NCBI GenBank assembly: GCA_028710985.1
Contig: JAQTTB010000001.1
Span: 88,021-152,020 of the forward strand
DNA: 64,000 bases
Reading direction: 5' to 3'
DNA from: Patescibacteria group bacterium
GTDB lineage: Bacteria; Patescibacteriota; Patescibacteriia; JAHJFT01
Both the position numbers and the translations under genes were made by a program. The notes beneath the pieces were generated by a model, which worked only from the letters and a program-made list of their open reading frames with translations, was not told the origin of the DNA and made no database searches. Each line of letters begins with the position of its first letter. The first letter of the stretch is position 1. Of this stretch, positions 53,554-62,955 are shown one piece after another.

Positions 53554-54047
53554 AATAAGAACCTTAAAAAAGAAAACACGCCGAGATAAATAAGCGTCAC
53601 GATTATTGCCGCGCCGAGCGCTCCGAGCGAAAGCAGCAAAATTGCTCGCGTCTTCGGGATGCCGAAAATAAATGCCGCCACCGCGCCGGTCCAAACGCCG
53701 GTAACTGGAAGCGGGATTGCCACGAACACCACGAGCGCGAGGGATCCGAGTTTTTCGTGCTGCCCCCAGAATTTCTCATGCGTTCTCCGGAAAAGCCATT
53801 CAAAAAATTTTTTAAATGCTTTTGAATGAGCGGAGAGTGTGCGCGAAACGAAATTCAGGGCAAAAACCCAGAAGATTCCCGGAATAATATTGCCGAGCCA
53901 GGCCCAGAAAAATGCGGATGGCACCGAAAGGTTAAAAACTCCCAGGGCAATCGGGATCGCGCCGCGGAGTTCGGCAATCGGCGTCATCGCGATAAAAAAA
54001 GTGATCAGCTCCGGCGGGATATTTAAATTCAAAAACCATTCAATCAT
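53550..54047 (-). CDS. Small membrane protein of the COG2426 / putative small multidrug export family.
   Basis: ELRGAIPIA motif near the N-terminus. Four transmembrane helices. Confidence 0.5.
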   Translation of the reverse strand: MIEWFLNLNIPPELITFFIAMTPIAELRGAIPIALGVFNLSVPSAFFWAWLGNIIPGIFWVFALNFVSRTLSAHSKAFKKFFEWLFRRTHEKFWGQHEKLGSLALVVFVAIPLPVTGVWTGAVAAFIFGIPKTRAILLLSLGALGAAIIVTLIYLGVFSFLRFLL

Positions 54048-54048
54048 C

Positions 54049-55029
54049 TTATTCCTGCCATTTATAATTACTGAACGTCCACCAGGCGAGAGACTTCACG
54101 TCCTGGAATCTCGAATCGTCATCGCGGCTGCCGAGAGATACGATTATTATGGCATTGCCTTCATTCTCCACTGCCATGGCAAGGCAGTAGCCGGCGGCCG
54201 GAAGCGAACCGGTTTTTGCCGCCACGATTGAGTAAGGCGGCTGGTTAATAAATGACGACAAGAGTTCATCCGTATTTTTTATATAATGATATTTCCCGCT
54301 CGTCGAATAGAATTCATAACTTTTTATTTTTGCGGCCTGACGAATGTCGTCATAATCGAAAGCTTCTTTTAAAATTTTCGTTACCTCGAGCGCCGTGGAT
54401 CTATTTCCCGAGCCAAGCCCGACCGGATCGGCAAAATGCGTTTTTTCAAGGCCCATCTCGGCCGCTTTCGCGTTCATCGCCTCAACAAATTCATCCTTGC
54501 TCATCTCGAGAGAAAGCGCGAGATTTTCCGCGGCCGTATTATCCGACCCGATGAGGGCGGAATATAAAAGATCCTTCGCCCCAACCTTCTCGCCGGCATA
54601 AAAATCATTATTTCCGATGTCCAGACGGTTTTTGATCTCCAGGACCCGGTACATATCCTGATTTTTTTCCAGAAAAATCAGCGCCGTCATAAGTTTGGTA
54701 ATACTCGCAATCGACCGAACATTGTCAGGATTTTTTTCAAAAAGTATTTTGCCGCTTGCCAAATCCGCGACGATCGCGCTCGGCGCCGTAATGACAACGC
54801 CAAGACTCTGGTCGCCAGTCCTTTGCGGCGCCCTGACGCTTGCCGCCTGGGGCAGTGCCGCGGCCGCAACATCCTTGGCCGCCGGCAGCTCATTTTCCCA
54901 TGAAATAACGCCGCTCACAATCTCGACGGTTGCCGTACCGGGATGCACCGCCACCTCGGTCCAGGCGCCCGGCACGAGCTGAAAAGCCACGGCCGCAATG
55001 ATTAAATTTCCGATTGCCTTAAATATCAT
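54049..55029 (-). CDS. Serine-type D-Ala-D-Ala carboxypeptidase (PBP5/DacA-like, S11).
   Basis: Signal peptide. SxxK motif SIASITKLMTA. SDN-like YSALIGSDNTAAE. KTG. Confidence 0.7.
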   Translation of the reverse strand: MIFKAIGNLIIAAVAFQLVPGAWTEVAVHPGTATVEIVSGVISWENELPAAKDVAAAALPQAASVRAPQRTGDQSLGVVITAPSAIVADLASGKILFEKNPDNVRSIASITKLMTALIFLEKNQDMYRVLEIKNRLDIGNNDFYAGEKVGAKDLLYSALIGSDNTAAENLALSLEMSKDEFVEAMNAKAAEMGLEKTHFADPVGLGSGNRSTALEVTKILKEAFDYDDIRQAAKIKSYEFYSTSGKYHYIKNTDELLSSFINQPPYSIVAAKTGSLPAAGYCLAMAVENEGNAIIIVSLGSRDDDSRFQDVKSLAWWTFSNYKWQE

Positions 55030-55031
55030 AA

Positions 55032-55580
55032 TTATTTTTCTTCCTGAAGCGCTTCCAGGGCTTTTTCAACAAATTCATGATGCCGCAAATTTTCATAATC
55101 CGGCAGCCCGCTCATGCTTGAAATTCCCAGAAAACGCATAAAATCAAAAGTCACCGAATATACCGTGGACTGGCGCTCGGCGTCCTCCTGGGCCTCAATC
55201 AGGCCGCGCGTCAAAAGATTCCGCAAAATCAAACTGCAATTCACGCCGCGGATCTGTTCAATCTCCGGCTTGGTCAGCGGACCACGATAAGCGATTATGG
55301 CGAGGGTTTCAAGCGACGGCCGGGTCAGCTCGCCGGTCGCCTCATCCTGCAAATAAGCCTGAACCGATTTTGCGTTATCCGGACTGGACATCATCTGGTA
55401 TTCCTTGCCCTTTTTTAAAACATGCACGCCGCTTTCCGCCGAGTTGTATCTTTCCATGATATTCGGCATTTCCTCCTCAATTTTTTCCGGCTCGACGCCC
55501 AAAACCTGCGCGAGCCGCGTTGCCGTAATCGGCTTATTGGTGACAAAGAGAATTGATTCGATTTGCGACGAAAGACTCAT
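55032..55580 (-). CDS. scpB: Segregation and condensation protein B.
   Basis: Tandem winged-helix protein: ESILFVTNKPIT ... IAYRGPLTKPEIEQIRGV. Confidence 0.8.
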   Translation of the reverse strand: MSLSSQIESILFVTNKPITATRLAQVLGVEPEKIEEEMPNIMERYNSAESGVHVLKKGKEYQMMSSPDNAKSVQAYLQDEATGELTRPSLETLAIIAYRGPLTKPEIEQIRGVNCSLILRNLLTRGLIEAQEDAERQSTVYSVTFDFMRFLGISSMSGLPDYENLRHHEFVEKALEALQEEK

Positions 55581-55583
55581 ATA

Positions 55584-56282
55584 TTATATTTTTTGAATGG
55601 TTATGTCTTCAAAAATTTTTTCCTGGGATGTCTGCACGACGCGCTGTTTTATGAGTTCAAGCAGGGCAAGAAAACTGACGATGACCTCGGTTTTATTCCT
55701 CGCCGATTTCAAAACCTGGCTGAAACTCGCCCTTACCGCGTTTGAAATAAGATTCCTGATGTGCTCGATCTTTTCGGTGATGGAAATTGTTTTCTTCAAA
55801 GCCTCGTTCGGCAAAGAAATAAACGGTTCAAGCTTTCGCGCGATTTTTTCAAACATTTCGCAAAGCATGCCGGCGTTAATATCATTGGGCGGGAAAAAGC
55901 CGATGACTTCATTTGCCGCGAGTCTCTCGCGGCCGTACGACCAGCGCCCCGAGCGGATCATTGAGTTAATTTTTTTGGATGCTTCGACAAACTCCCGGTA
56001 CATTTTAAGCTGCGTTTCCAGGTCCAGGCCGTCATCGTCGTCAAATACGAGATTCGGCATCAGGAGTTTTGATTTGACGAGTATCAACTTCGCCGCAATA
56101 ACTAAAAAATCCGCCAGCTCCTCCGGATGAATAGCCGGCGAATTATTAATGTGCTGCAAATAATCGTCCGTCACCTTTGCGAGCGAAACCTTTGTAATAT
56201 CCAGCTCTTCTTTCTCAATCAGCTGCAGAAGCAAATCAAGCGGCCCTTCAAACTGTTCAATTTCTACTTTATATTCGTTCAT
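55584..56282 (-). CDS. scpA: Segregation and condensation protein A.
   Basis: FEGPLDLLLQLIEKEELDITKVSLAKVTDDYL. Confidence 0.8.
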   Translation of the reverse strand: MNEYKVEIEQFEGPLDLLLQLIEKEELDITKVSLAKVTDDYLQHINNSPAIHPEELADFLVIAAKLILVKSKLLMPNLVFDDDDGLDLETQLKMYREFVEASKKINSMIRSGRWSYGRERLAANEVIGFFPPNDINAGMLCEMFEKIARKLEPFISLPNEALKKTISITEKIEHIRNLISNAVRASFSQVLKSARNKTEVIVSFLALLELIKQRVVQTSQEKIFEDITIQKI

Positions 56283-56285
56283 GTC

Positions 56286-56789
56286 TTATTTCTTCTTTTT
56301 CTTTTTTTGCGCCTTGCGGACTTCAATCAGTTTGCCGAACGCGCCGACTGCCGCGTCTTCAAGCTCCTTAATGTCTTTAATTTTCATGCGGAGCGATTCC
56401 GTATAACTGCCGGCGCGCACCACCGCATTATCCGCCCGCGCGATTCCCTTATCAATCGCCACATCAATTTTATGAAGAGCGCCGAAAGGCGTGAGCGTCC
56501 CGGGCTCAAAACCGAACAGTTTTTTCATTACGCCTTCTTTGGCAATCTCCGCGGTCTTTGCCTTGTAAAATTTCTTCACGGCCGCAAGATCGAGCTTAAA
56601 ATGGGCCGGCAGGACAATCAGCACGTATCTCTTATCAACCTTGACGAGAAGCGTCTTGGCGATATTTTTCATTTTCTCTTTTAACGTGGCCGCGAGATCA
56701 TACGCCGTAAATACGGTCTTATGCGCCAGCACCTCGTATTTTATCTTTGCCTTGTCCAGATAATTCGTTACCTTCTTTGGGATTGCCAT
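56286..56789 (-). CDS. YbaK/ProX-like aminoacyl-tRNA deacylase domain protein.
   Basis: About 160 aa. KYEVLAHKTVFTAYDLA ... LIVLPAHFKLDL. Lys-rich tail. Confidence 0.5.
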   Translation of the reverse strand: MAIPKKVTNYLDKAKIKYEVLAHKTVFTAYDLAATLKEKMKNIAKTLLVKVDKRYVLIVLPAHFKLDLAAVKKFYKAKTAEIAKEGVMKKLFGFEPGTLTPFGALHKIDVAIDKGIARADNAVVRAGSYTESLRMKIKDIKELEDAAVGAFGKLIEVRKAQKKKKKK

Positions 56790-56790
56790 A

Positions 56791-57099
56791 TTATTTATTA
56801 TTAATATTTATCGGAAGCCGCTGCTGCGAGCCGAATATGCTCTTTGCCGCGCGGCGGCCGCCCGGTGTCAACACGATTGTTTTAATGAAAAATTTTTCCG
56901 CGGTCCTGGCTCCGTTTCCGACAATCAGCGACTCGGCGATCATTTTTTCCAGCGCCTTGGTAATCGCGTTGATTTTATCTTCAAGACTCGGCGCTCCTTT
57001 CTTGCCCTTGTAATAGTCAAAAAACACGTCGCGCGATACCGGACCCCGCCGCGAACGGCAGACGATCAGAATATATTTTTGCAGAGGCCCGAGCCGCAT
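56791..57099 (-). CDS. Hypothetical 102-aa basic protein.
   Basis: No recognisable motif. Confidence 0.3.
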   Translation of the reverse strand: MRLGPLQKYILIVCRSRRGPVSRDVFFDYYKGKKGAPSLEDKINAITKALEKMIAESLIVGNGARTAEKFFIKTIVLTPGGRRAAKSIFGSQQRLPININNK

Positions 57100-57102
57100 A
57101 TA

Positions 57103-58506
57103 TTATTTTTTTCCTTTTTTTATTGAAATATGAGCCTCGTCAAGCTGCTCTTTCGAAATCGGGCTCGGCGCCCCGACCGTAAGATCGCGCGCATCGCCGG
57201 TTTTGGGAAACGCGATTGCTTCACGCAGGCTTTCTTCGCCGATTAGCGCCATAAGAAGCCGGTCAATGCCCGACGCGATGCCGCCATGGGGCGGCGCGCC
57301 GTAGCGGAAAGCCTCAAGCATGTGATTGAAATATTCCTTGTCGCTTTTGCTGAAACCGATAAGGTCGAAAATCTTGGTCTGCATCGCCGGATCATGAATG
57401 CGCAGGCCTCCCCCGCCGACTTCAAATCCGTTGAGTACCAAATCCATCTGATAGGATTTTACGCGTTCCGGATTCTTGTCCAGCATGGTTATATCTTCGT
57501 CTTTCGGGCGCGTAAACATGTGATGAGCCGGCGCGAAATGTCCGTTTTCCTTCTCCGGCTCAAAGAGCGGCCAATCCACCACCCATGTAAAGGCAAGTTC
57601 TTGCGGATTTTCTTTGTTCGTGCGCAAATCCGGCTTGTCGGATTTATATTTTTTCATGCACTCCTCCCAGGTCAGCCTGGGAAATTTATCAAATGTTAAT
57701 TTTTTGTCCGGAAAAACCTTTTTCACGAGCCCGAGCATCAGCTCTTCCACGAGATCCATGATTTCATCCTGCTGCACAAAAGACATTTCCATATCAAGCT
57801 GATAGAATTCCCCCGGGCTGCGGTCGGCACGCGCATCTTCGTCGCGCAGGCAAAGCGCGACCTGATAGTAGCGCTCCATTCCGGCCACCATCAGAAGCTG
57901 TTTGTACTGCTGCGGCGACTGCGGCAGCGCGTAAAATTCTCCGGCGTGCAGGCGCGACGGCACGATAAAATCCCTCGCCCCCTCCGGAGTGGATTTCGTG
58001 AGAATCGGCGTCGCGATCTCAATAAAATCGCACGCGTTCAAAAACTCGCGCATGTAAGTGATCGCTTGGTGGCGTTTTTTGATATTTTTTGCCATGCGCT
58101 CGCTCCGCAGATCCAAATACCGGTATTTAAGGCGCAGTTCCTCGTTCACGCCGCGCGTGTCTTTATCAACCTCAAACGGCGGAGTTTCCGAGGCATTCAA
58201 AATCTTCAGGTTTTTAGCCAAAATTTCAACATTCCCGGTCGCCAGATTCGGATTTTTATTTTTTTCATTTCTCTCCTGAACCACGCCTTCGATCGTAATC
58301 ACATATTCCGGCCGAAGATCGCCGACGGATTTTTTTGAATCCTCATCGAGCTCGGAAGGCACGAAAACAACCTGAATTATCCCCTTTCGGTCGCGAAGAT
58401 CGATGAAAGTAATTTTTCCCAAATCGCGGCGCGCATTCACCCAGCCGCATAGCGTTATGCGTTCACCGATAAGTTTTGCCGCATCGGCCGACAATATTCT
58501 TGCCAT
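57103..58506 (-). CDS. aspS: Aspartyl-tRNA synthetase, short (archaeal/eukaryal-type) form.
   Basis: OB-fold N-terminus. Motif 2: LRDEDARADRSPGEFYQLDMEMSF. Motif 3: GGIASGIDRL. Confidence 0.85.
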   Translation of the reverse strand: MARILSADAAKLIGERITLCGWVNARRDLGKITFIDLRDRKGIIQVVFVPSELDEDSKKSVGDLRPEYVITIEGVVQERNEKNKNPNLATGNVEILAKNLKILNASETPPFEVDKDTRGVNEELRLKYRYLDLRSERMAKNIKKRHQAITYMREFLNACDFIEIATPILTKSTPEGARDFIVPSRLHAGEFYALPQSPQQYKQLLMVAGMERYYQVALCLRDEDARADRSPGEFYQLDMEMSFVQQDEIMDLVEELMLGLVKKVFPDKKLTFDKFPRLTWEECMKKYKSDKPDLRTNKENPQELAFTWVVDWPLFEPEKENGHFAPAHHMFTRPKDEDITMLDKNPERVKSYQMDLVLNGFEVGGGGLRIHDPAMQTKIFDLIGFSKSDKEYFNHMLEAFRYGAPPHGGIASGIDRLLMALIGEESLREAIAFPKTGDARDLTVGAPSPISKEQLDEAHISIKKGKK

Positions 58507-58584
58507 ATTTTTATTTTATTAGTGGCCCCGATGACTATCGGGGCAATTATGTTTGATAAGGTCGGCGGAGCCGACACTTTGTCT

Positions 58585-58630
58585 AAAAAACCCGCCCTGA
58601 TACCCTGCGGCCCTGCCGCAGGGGCGGGTT
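58585..58630 (-). terminator. Rho-independent terminator of asnS.
   Basis: Minus strand: acccgccc...gggcgggt then UUUUUU. Overlaps the stop codon. Confidence 0.55.
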
Positions 58631-59925
58631 TATGGATTGAGTCTGTTTATCATTCTTGGGAAGGGAATCGTCTCTCTCACGTGCTTGAGCCCGCAAATCC
58701 ACGCCACGACCCGTTCAAGCCCGAGTCCAAAGCCCGAGTGCGGCACCGATCCGTACCGGCGCAAATCCAGATACCATTCAAAATCCTTGCGCGATAATTT
58801 ATATTCTTCCAGCCTTTTCACGAGTGTTTCGTAATCCTCTTCGCGCTCCGACCCGCCGATTATCTCGCCGTAGCCTTCCGGCGCAAGCAAATCCGAGCAC
58901 AATACCCTTTCCGGATCCTCGGGATCACGCTTCATGTAGAACGCCTTGACCGCGGCCGGATATTTTTCAATAAAAACCGGCTTGTCGTATTTTTCGGATA
59001 ATTTTGTCTCATCATCGCCGCCCAAATCCGCGCCCTCGGCAATGTCCGAACCAAGTTCGCGGACGCGCGCCACCGCCTCTTTATGCGTCAACCGGTAAAA
59101 TGGCGCCTCCACTTTTCGCAACGGCTCAATATCGCGTTCAAGTATGGCAAGTTCCGGGCTGTTTGTCTCAATCACTCTCTGCACGATGTGGCTCAGAAGT
59201 TTTTCCTGAATTTCCATGCTTCCGGCATGATGCACCCAGGCCATCTCCGCGTCCATCATCCAGAATTCGGTAAGATGGCGGCGGGTCTTGGATTTTTCGG
59301 CGCGGAAAACCGGGCCAAAATCGTAAACCGAACCGTGCGCGAAAATCGCCGACTCGCTATAGAGCTGTCCGGACTGCGAAAGATAGGCCTTGCCCAGATC
59401 GAAATAATCCATTTCAAAAAGCTCGGTCGTGTTCTCGCATGAAGTCGGGGTCAATATCGGGGAATCGATTTTTACAAACCCGTTATCATTAAGCCAGCCC
59501 ATCATGGCGTTGATTATCGTGTCGCGGATCCTCATCACCGCCCATTGCCGTTTTGACCGGAGCCAGAGGTGGCGGTTGTCCAGAAGAAAATCCGGGCCGT
59601 GTTCTTTTTTGGAAATGGGGTACTCTTCGGCAATCTGCACGATTTCAAGCTGGCTTGCATGCAGTTCAAATTCTCCGGCCCGCTTTGGATGAGCCGCGAC
59701 GCGGCCGCCGATCTTTAAGGATGTTTCAATGGTAATTTTTTCGGCCGCGTCCCAAACTTCAGCCGAAACGCTCCCCTTGTCAACAATTGCCTGGCAGAAT
59801 CCTGAACCGTCGCGCAGTTCCAGAAAAATCAAAGAACCGGACGAACGCAAATTCGCCGCCCAACCCCAAATTTCCACTTCTTTGTCGTTAAAATCCGAAA
59901 GTTGAAAAATTTTTACCAGTTCCAT
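58630..59925 (-). CDS. asnS: Asparaginyl-tRNA synthetase.
   Basis: Motif 2: FRAEKSKTRRHLTEFWMMDAEMAW. Motif 3: GFGLGLERV. Confidence 0.9.
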   Translation of the reverse strand: MELVKIFQLSDFNDKEVEIWGWAANLRSSGSLIFLELRDGSGFCQAIVDKGSVSAEVWDAAEKITIETSLKIGGRVAAHPKRAGEFELHASQLEIVQIAEEYPISKKEHGPDFLLDNRHLWLRSKRQWAVMRIRDTIINAMMGWLNDNGFVKIDSPILTPTSCENTTELFEMDYFDLGKAYLSQSGQLYSESAIFAHGSVYDFGPVFRAEKSKTRRHLTEFWMMDAEMAWVHHAGSMEIQEKLLSHIVQRVIETNSPELAILERDIEPLRKVEAPFYRLTHKEAVARVRELGSDIAEGADLGGDDETKLSEKYDKPVFIEKYPAAVKAFYMKRDPEDPERVLCSDLLAPEGYGEIIGGSEREEDYETLVKRLEEYKLSRKDFEWYLDLRRYGSVPHSGFGLGLERVVAWICGLKHVRETIPFPRMINRLNP

Positions 59926-59944
59926 ATCGAAAATTTATGCTTAG

Positions 59945-59973
59945 ATTATACATTTTTTTGCGTTTTTCGTCAA
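59945..59973 (-). promoter_or_regulatory. Near-consensus sigma70 promoter (TTGACG, 17-nt spacer, TATAAT) about 20 nt upstream of the asnS ATG; short leader.
   Basis: Minus strand: ttTTGACGaaaaacgcaaaaaaatgTATAATctaagcataaattttcgatATG. Confidence 0.5.
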
Positions 59974-60320
59974 AAATTGCCGTCCTCGCCCGCCACACCA
60001 AAATTTTGGCTAATTTTAGCAAAAAAAGACGGTTCTGCAAATAGACGGGGTTCTTCGCCAGAGGCGAATCTGCCTCAGGCATGACCCAATGCCTCCATGA
60101 ATAAAACTCGCTTGGATGAAAAAACGTAAATGTAGGAGCAGGTCTTGCGCCTGCCCCCATTCGTTTGTCATCATGTAGGGGTTGATTGCAATCAACCCCT
60201 ACGAAATGCGGTTGCTCCAAAATGCGCACACAAAAATAAAAAAAATTCCCGCGCAGACAGAATGTCCACGCAGGAAAAAGCGTACGCGTCCAAGGGCCAA
60301 GAGACCAAGGGACCGAGAGC

Positions 60321-60938
60321 CTACTCGCAGAAAGCAAGGAAACGGCAGGGCCCGTACCACCGGATGCCGCCCCAGCCCCAGTCCAGGTCGAGCTCGCGCC
60401 CGCCATCGCTCCCGCCAAGATACGGGAAGCGGCGGTAGCCGTCCGCACTGACCCACGAGGAGCCGAGGCCGACAATGGGGAACTTCCTCTGCTCATCCGG
60501 GTACGCAGCACCGAAGGCGAGAATGCCTTCTATATCTGCCGGCTTGAGGCCGCGGAGCTTCATCTCCACGAGCGCCTCGTCCGTGGTTGCCTCGCGGCCG
60601 AGGTGGACGAGAACGAGCTTGCGCAAGACTTTGCCCTTGCCCGAGATTGGGAAGTGCTCGGCCGTGATGTCCGAGTTCACGAAGTCGTAGTCGCCGACGG
60701 CGATCATCTCGGCGAGAGACTTGGAGTAGTCCACGGTGACCGAGAATGAATCGGCGACCGCAGCCACGGTCTTGCGCACGATGAGGCTGGCCATGCTCTC
60801 CACGAGCTCTGGCTCGTTGAGTATGCGCCGCAAGTCCTCATCGCCGCCGCCCTTCGCGAGCACGGCGTCTATGAGCTTCTTCAGCATCTCATAGCCCGTA
60901 CCTAATCCGCTCAAGAACTCGCTCTTTTTCCGTGCCAT
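60321..60938 (-). CDS. Hypothetical protein of 205 aa; no motif I can name. GC-rich.
   Basis: MARKKSEFLSGLGTGYEMLKK... Has its own candidate promoter (TTGACA-17-TATTAT) and a GAGGTG Shine-Dalgarno. Confidence 0.45.
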   Translation of the reverse strand: MARKKSEFLSGLGTGYEMLKKLIDAVLAKGGGDEDLRRILNEPELVESMASLIVRKTVAAVADSFSVTVDYSKSLAEMIAVGDYDFVNSDITAEHFPISGKGKVLRKLVLVHLGREATTDEALVEMKLRGLKPADIEGILAFGAAYPDEQRKFPIVGLGSSWVSADGYRRFPYLGGSDGGRELDLDWGWGGIRWYGPCRFLAFCE

Positions 60939-61083
60939 CTTACACCTCATGCTCCGTTTTCCTCCGGAGCTATCTTGGCCTACCCCTTATCCAACGCACC
61001 ATGCGCCAGACCTAAGGCTTGCCGTGCAAAGAACAAATAATACGCAATAATATCATGGTTTAGCCAAATTGTCAAGACCTTTA

Positions 61084-61662
61084 CGTCATTCCCTCCCCCG
61101 CTTTCGCGAGGGTAAACTCCAGCGGGAATCTTGCTAAAAAATCTTGGTGTCATCTGTCATTCCCGCGAAGGCGGGAATCCAAGTTCAATATACCGGGGGA
61201 ATCCTATTGAATATTATCGTACAAATCGCTCCAGAGAGGATTAAAATCTTCAATTATTCTAATTTTCCAATTACGTTTCCATTTTTTTAATTGTTTTTCC
61301 CGTAATATGGCCTCCTCAATATTATCGAATATTTCATAATAGACAAGTTTGTGCACGCCATATTGAGCCGTGAATATGCTATCTTCTCCTTGCTTATGCT
61401 CAAGAACTCGGCGCTTAAGATTATTCGTTACACCGATATAAAGAGTACCGTTTCTGTCGCTTGCGAGGATATAAATATAGAATTGTCGATAATCGGGCAT
61501 TTGTGCGATTGATGTATCTTGGCGGCTTATAGTATCTGGATTCCCGCCTTCGCGGGAATGACGGATGTGCGGTTTATTTTTATCCGTTGCAACTAAATAA
61601 ATTACCATGGGCATGGATTCCCGCTGGAGTTTACCCTCGCGAAAGCGGGGGCGGGAATGACG
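61084..61662. mobile_element. Candidate miniature mobile cassette: a GIY-YIG gene framed by nested inverted repeats. Outer 47-bp pair (46/47 identical) at 61084-61130 and 61616-61662. Inner 25-bp pair (25/25 identical) at 61156-61180 and 61538-61562.
   Basis: cgtcattccctcccccgctttcgcgagggtaaactccagcgggaatc versus its reverse complement. gtcattcccgcgaaggcgggaatcc versus its reverse complement. Extra GGGAATGAC motifs extend to 61738. Confidence 0.45.
61204..61500 (-). CDS. Small GIY-YIG nuclease-domain protein (UPF0213/YhbQ-like).
   Basis: FYIYILASDRNGTLYIGVTNNLKRRVLEHKQG ... EKQLKKWKRNWKIRII. Confidence 0.75.
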   Translation of the reverse strand: MPDYRQFYIYILASDRNGTLYIGVTNNLKRRVLEHKQGEDSIFTAQYGVHKLVYYEIFDNIEEAILREKQLKKWKRNWKIRIIEDFNPLWSDLYDNIQ

Positions 61663-61772
61663 ATAGGTTGAATAGTGTTTCTACCGTCTAAATTCCCGCC
61701 GGAGCCTGTAGTACATATGCGAATGGGGCGGGAATGACAGAGAGATGCGTTCCAATATACTCCCTTCCCACC

Positions 61773-62546
61773 CTAAGCAAACACCTCGTAAAAATATGCC
61801 TCGCTCTTGAGCTCGCGGTCCAGATGATATTTTAAGAATTCATCAATCGCTAAGTCCAAAACCCGGGCGGTTTGCGGCATAATATACGACTCAAGCGTGG
61901 CCGTAAAGCCCTGGCAGGTGAATTCGCGGAGAGTATTGATCGCCTCCCCGCTTATCGCGATCTGCCCCAGTATGCGTCCGCCGAGCCGCTCGGAACAAAC
62001 CGGACAAACAACGCCGCCGCGGGCCGCATTGAAAAAATATCCCTCTCCTTCCGCTTCCTTGCGGCAATCCAGGCAGCGCGAAAGCTCGGGTTCATAGCCC
62101 AGAAAACCGAGCAGCTTCAGGGAAAAAATCCGCGCCACCATAAAACTTCGTTCCCGGAGCAGATGGTTCTGCTCCACGATTTCCATGAGCTCGCGCGTGA
62201 GGTTAAAAATGCGCTCATCCGGCTGGCCGGCGCTTATGAGCTTATCCAGCACCTCAAAACAATACGTCATGAGCGCGATGCCCTCGAGCCGTGCGTGCGT
62301 TGCCGTAAAATTATGAATTCGTTCGCTCCCGGCAAGCTTGTCAATCTGGCGGCCGCGCGCGATCATTACATCCGTGATAATAAACGGCTCAAGATGCGCC
62401 GCCATGCGGCTCTGGAAACGCCGCGACCCGCGCGCCACGGCCTGGATCTTTCCGGCTTCGCGCGTATACAAAGTATAGAGCCGGTCGTATTCGCGCCACG
62501 GCTCTTTTTTTATCACGATTGATTCGGTGCGGAAAGTTGATGGCAT
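61773..62546 (-). CDS. recO: DNA repair protein RecO.
   Basis: OB-fold N-terminus. C-terminal zinc motif CLDCRK...VCPVCSE. Confidence 0.8.
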   Translation of the reverse strand: MPSTFRTESIVIKKEPWREYDRLYTLYTREAGKIQAVARGSRRFQSRMAAHLEPFIITDVMIARGRQIDKLAGSERIHNFTATHARLEGIALMTYCFEVLDKLISAGQPDERIFNLTRELMEIVEQNHLLRERSFMVARIFSLKLLGFLGYEPELSRCLDCRKEAEGEGYFFNAARGGVVCPVCSERLGGRILGQIAISGEAINTLREFTCQGFTATLESYIMPQTARVLDLAIDEFLKYHLDRELKSEAYFYEVFA

Positions 62547-62950
62547 TAAATTTTATCAAGATATCCCTGCAGAATCAGCATTGCCGCGACCGCGTCCTTT
62601 TTTTCTTTTGGGTATTTTTGCCCGGCTAATAATTTTTCAACCTGAGCCGATGTAAACCGCTCATCCTGCTCACGGACCGGTACGGGAGATGCGGCGCCAA
62701 GCCGCGCGATGAAATCCGAAATAATTTTTTCCTGCTCGCCGGGCGCGCCCGTGTCTTCTCCGAGCGAATACGGCATGCCGACCACGATCTCGCCGATATC
62801 TTCGTCCTTAATAATTCGCGTTAATTTATCAAGCACTGCTTCCACGCCCGGATTATCCAGAACCGTAAAAGGAACCGCGATTTTTGTTTCGCTGTCCCCG
62901 AACGCAAGCCCGATTCTTTTTCCCCCGTAATCAATCCCCAGGTATCGCAT
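62546..62950 (-). CDS. ruvX: Holliday-junction resolvase-like protein RuvX/YqgF.
   Basis: MRYLGIDYGGKRIGLAFGD. Confidence 0.8.
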   Translation of the reverse strand: MRYLGIDYGGKRIGLAFGDSETKIAVPFTVLDNPGVEAVLDKLTRIIKDEDIGEIVVGMPYSLGEDTGAPGEQEKIISDFIARLGAASPVPVREQDERFTSAQVEKLLAGQKYPKEKKDAVAAMLILQGYLDKI

Positions 62951-62955
62951 ATATG

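Noticed and set aside
59926-60320. T-box riboswitch upstream of asnS.
   Set aside because: No AAnnnGGGTGGnACCGCG T-box sequence, and a strong promoter sits only about 20 nt from the ATG. The longer upstream region is therefore not the asnS leader.
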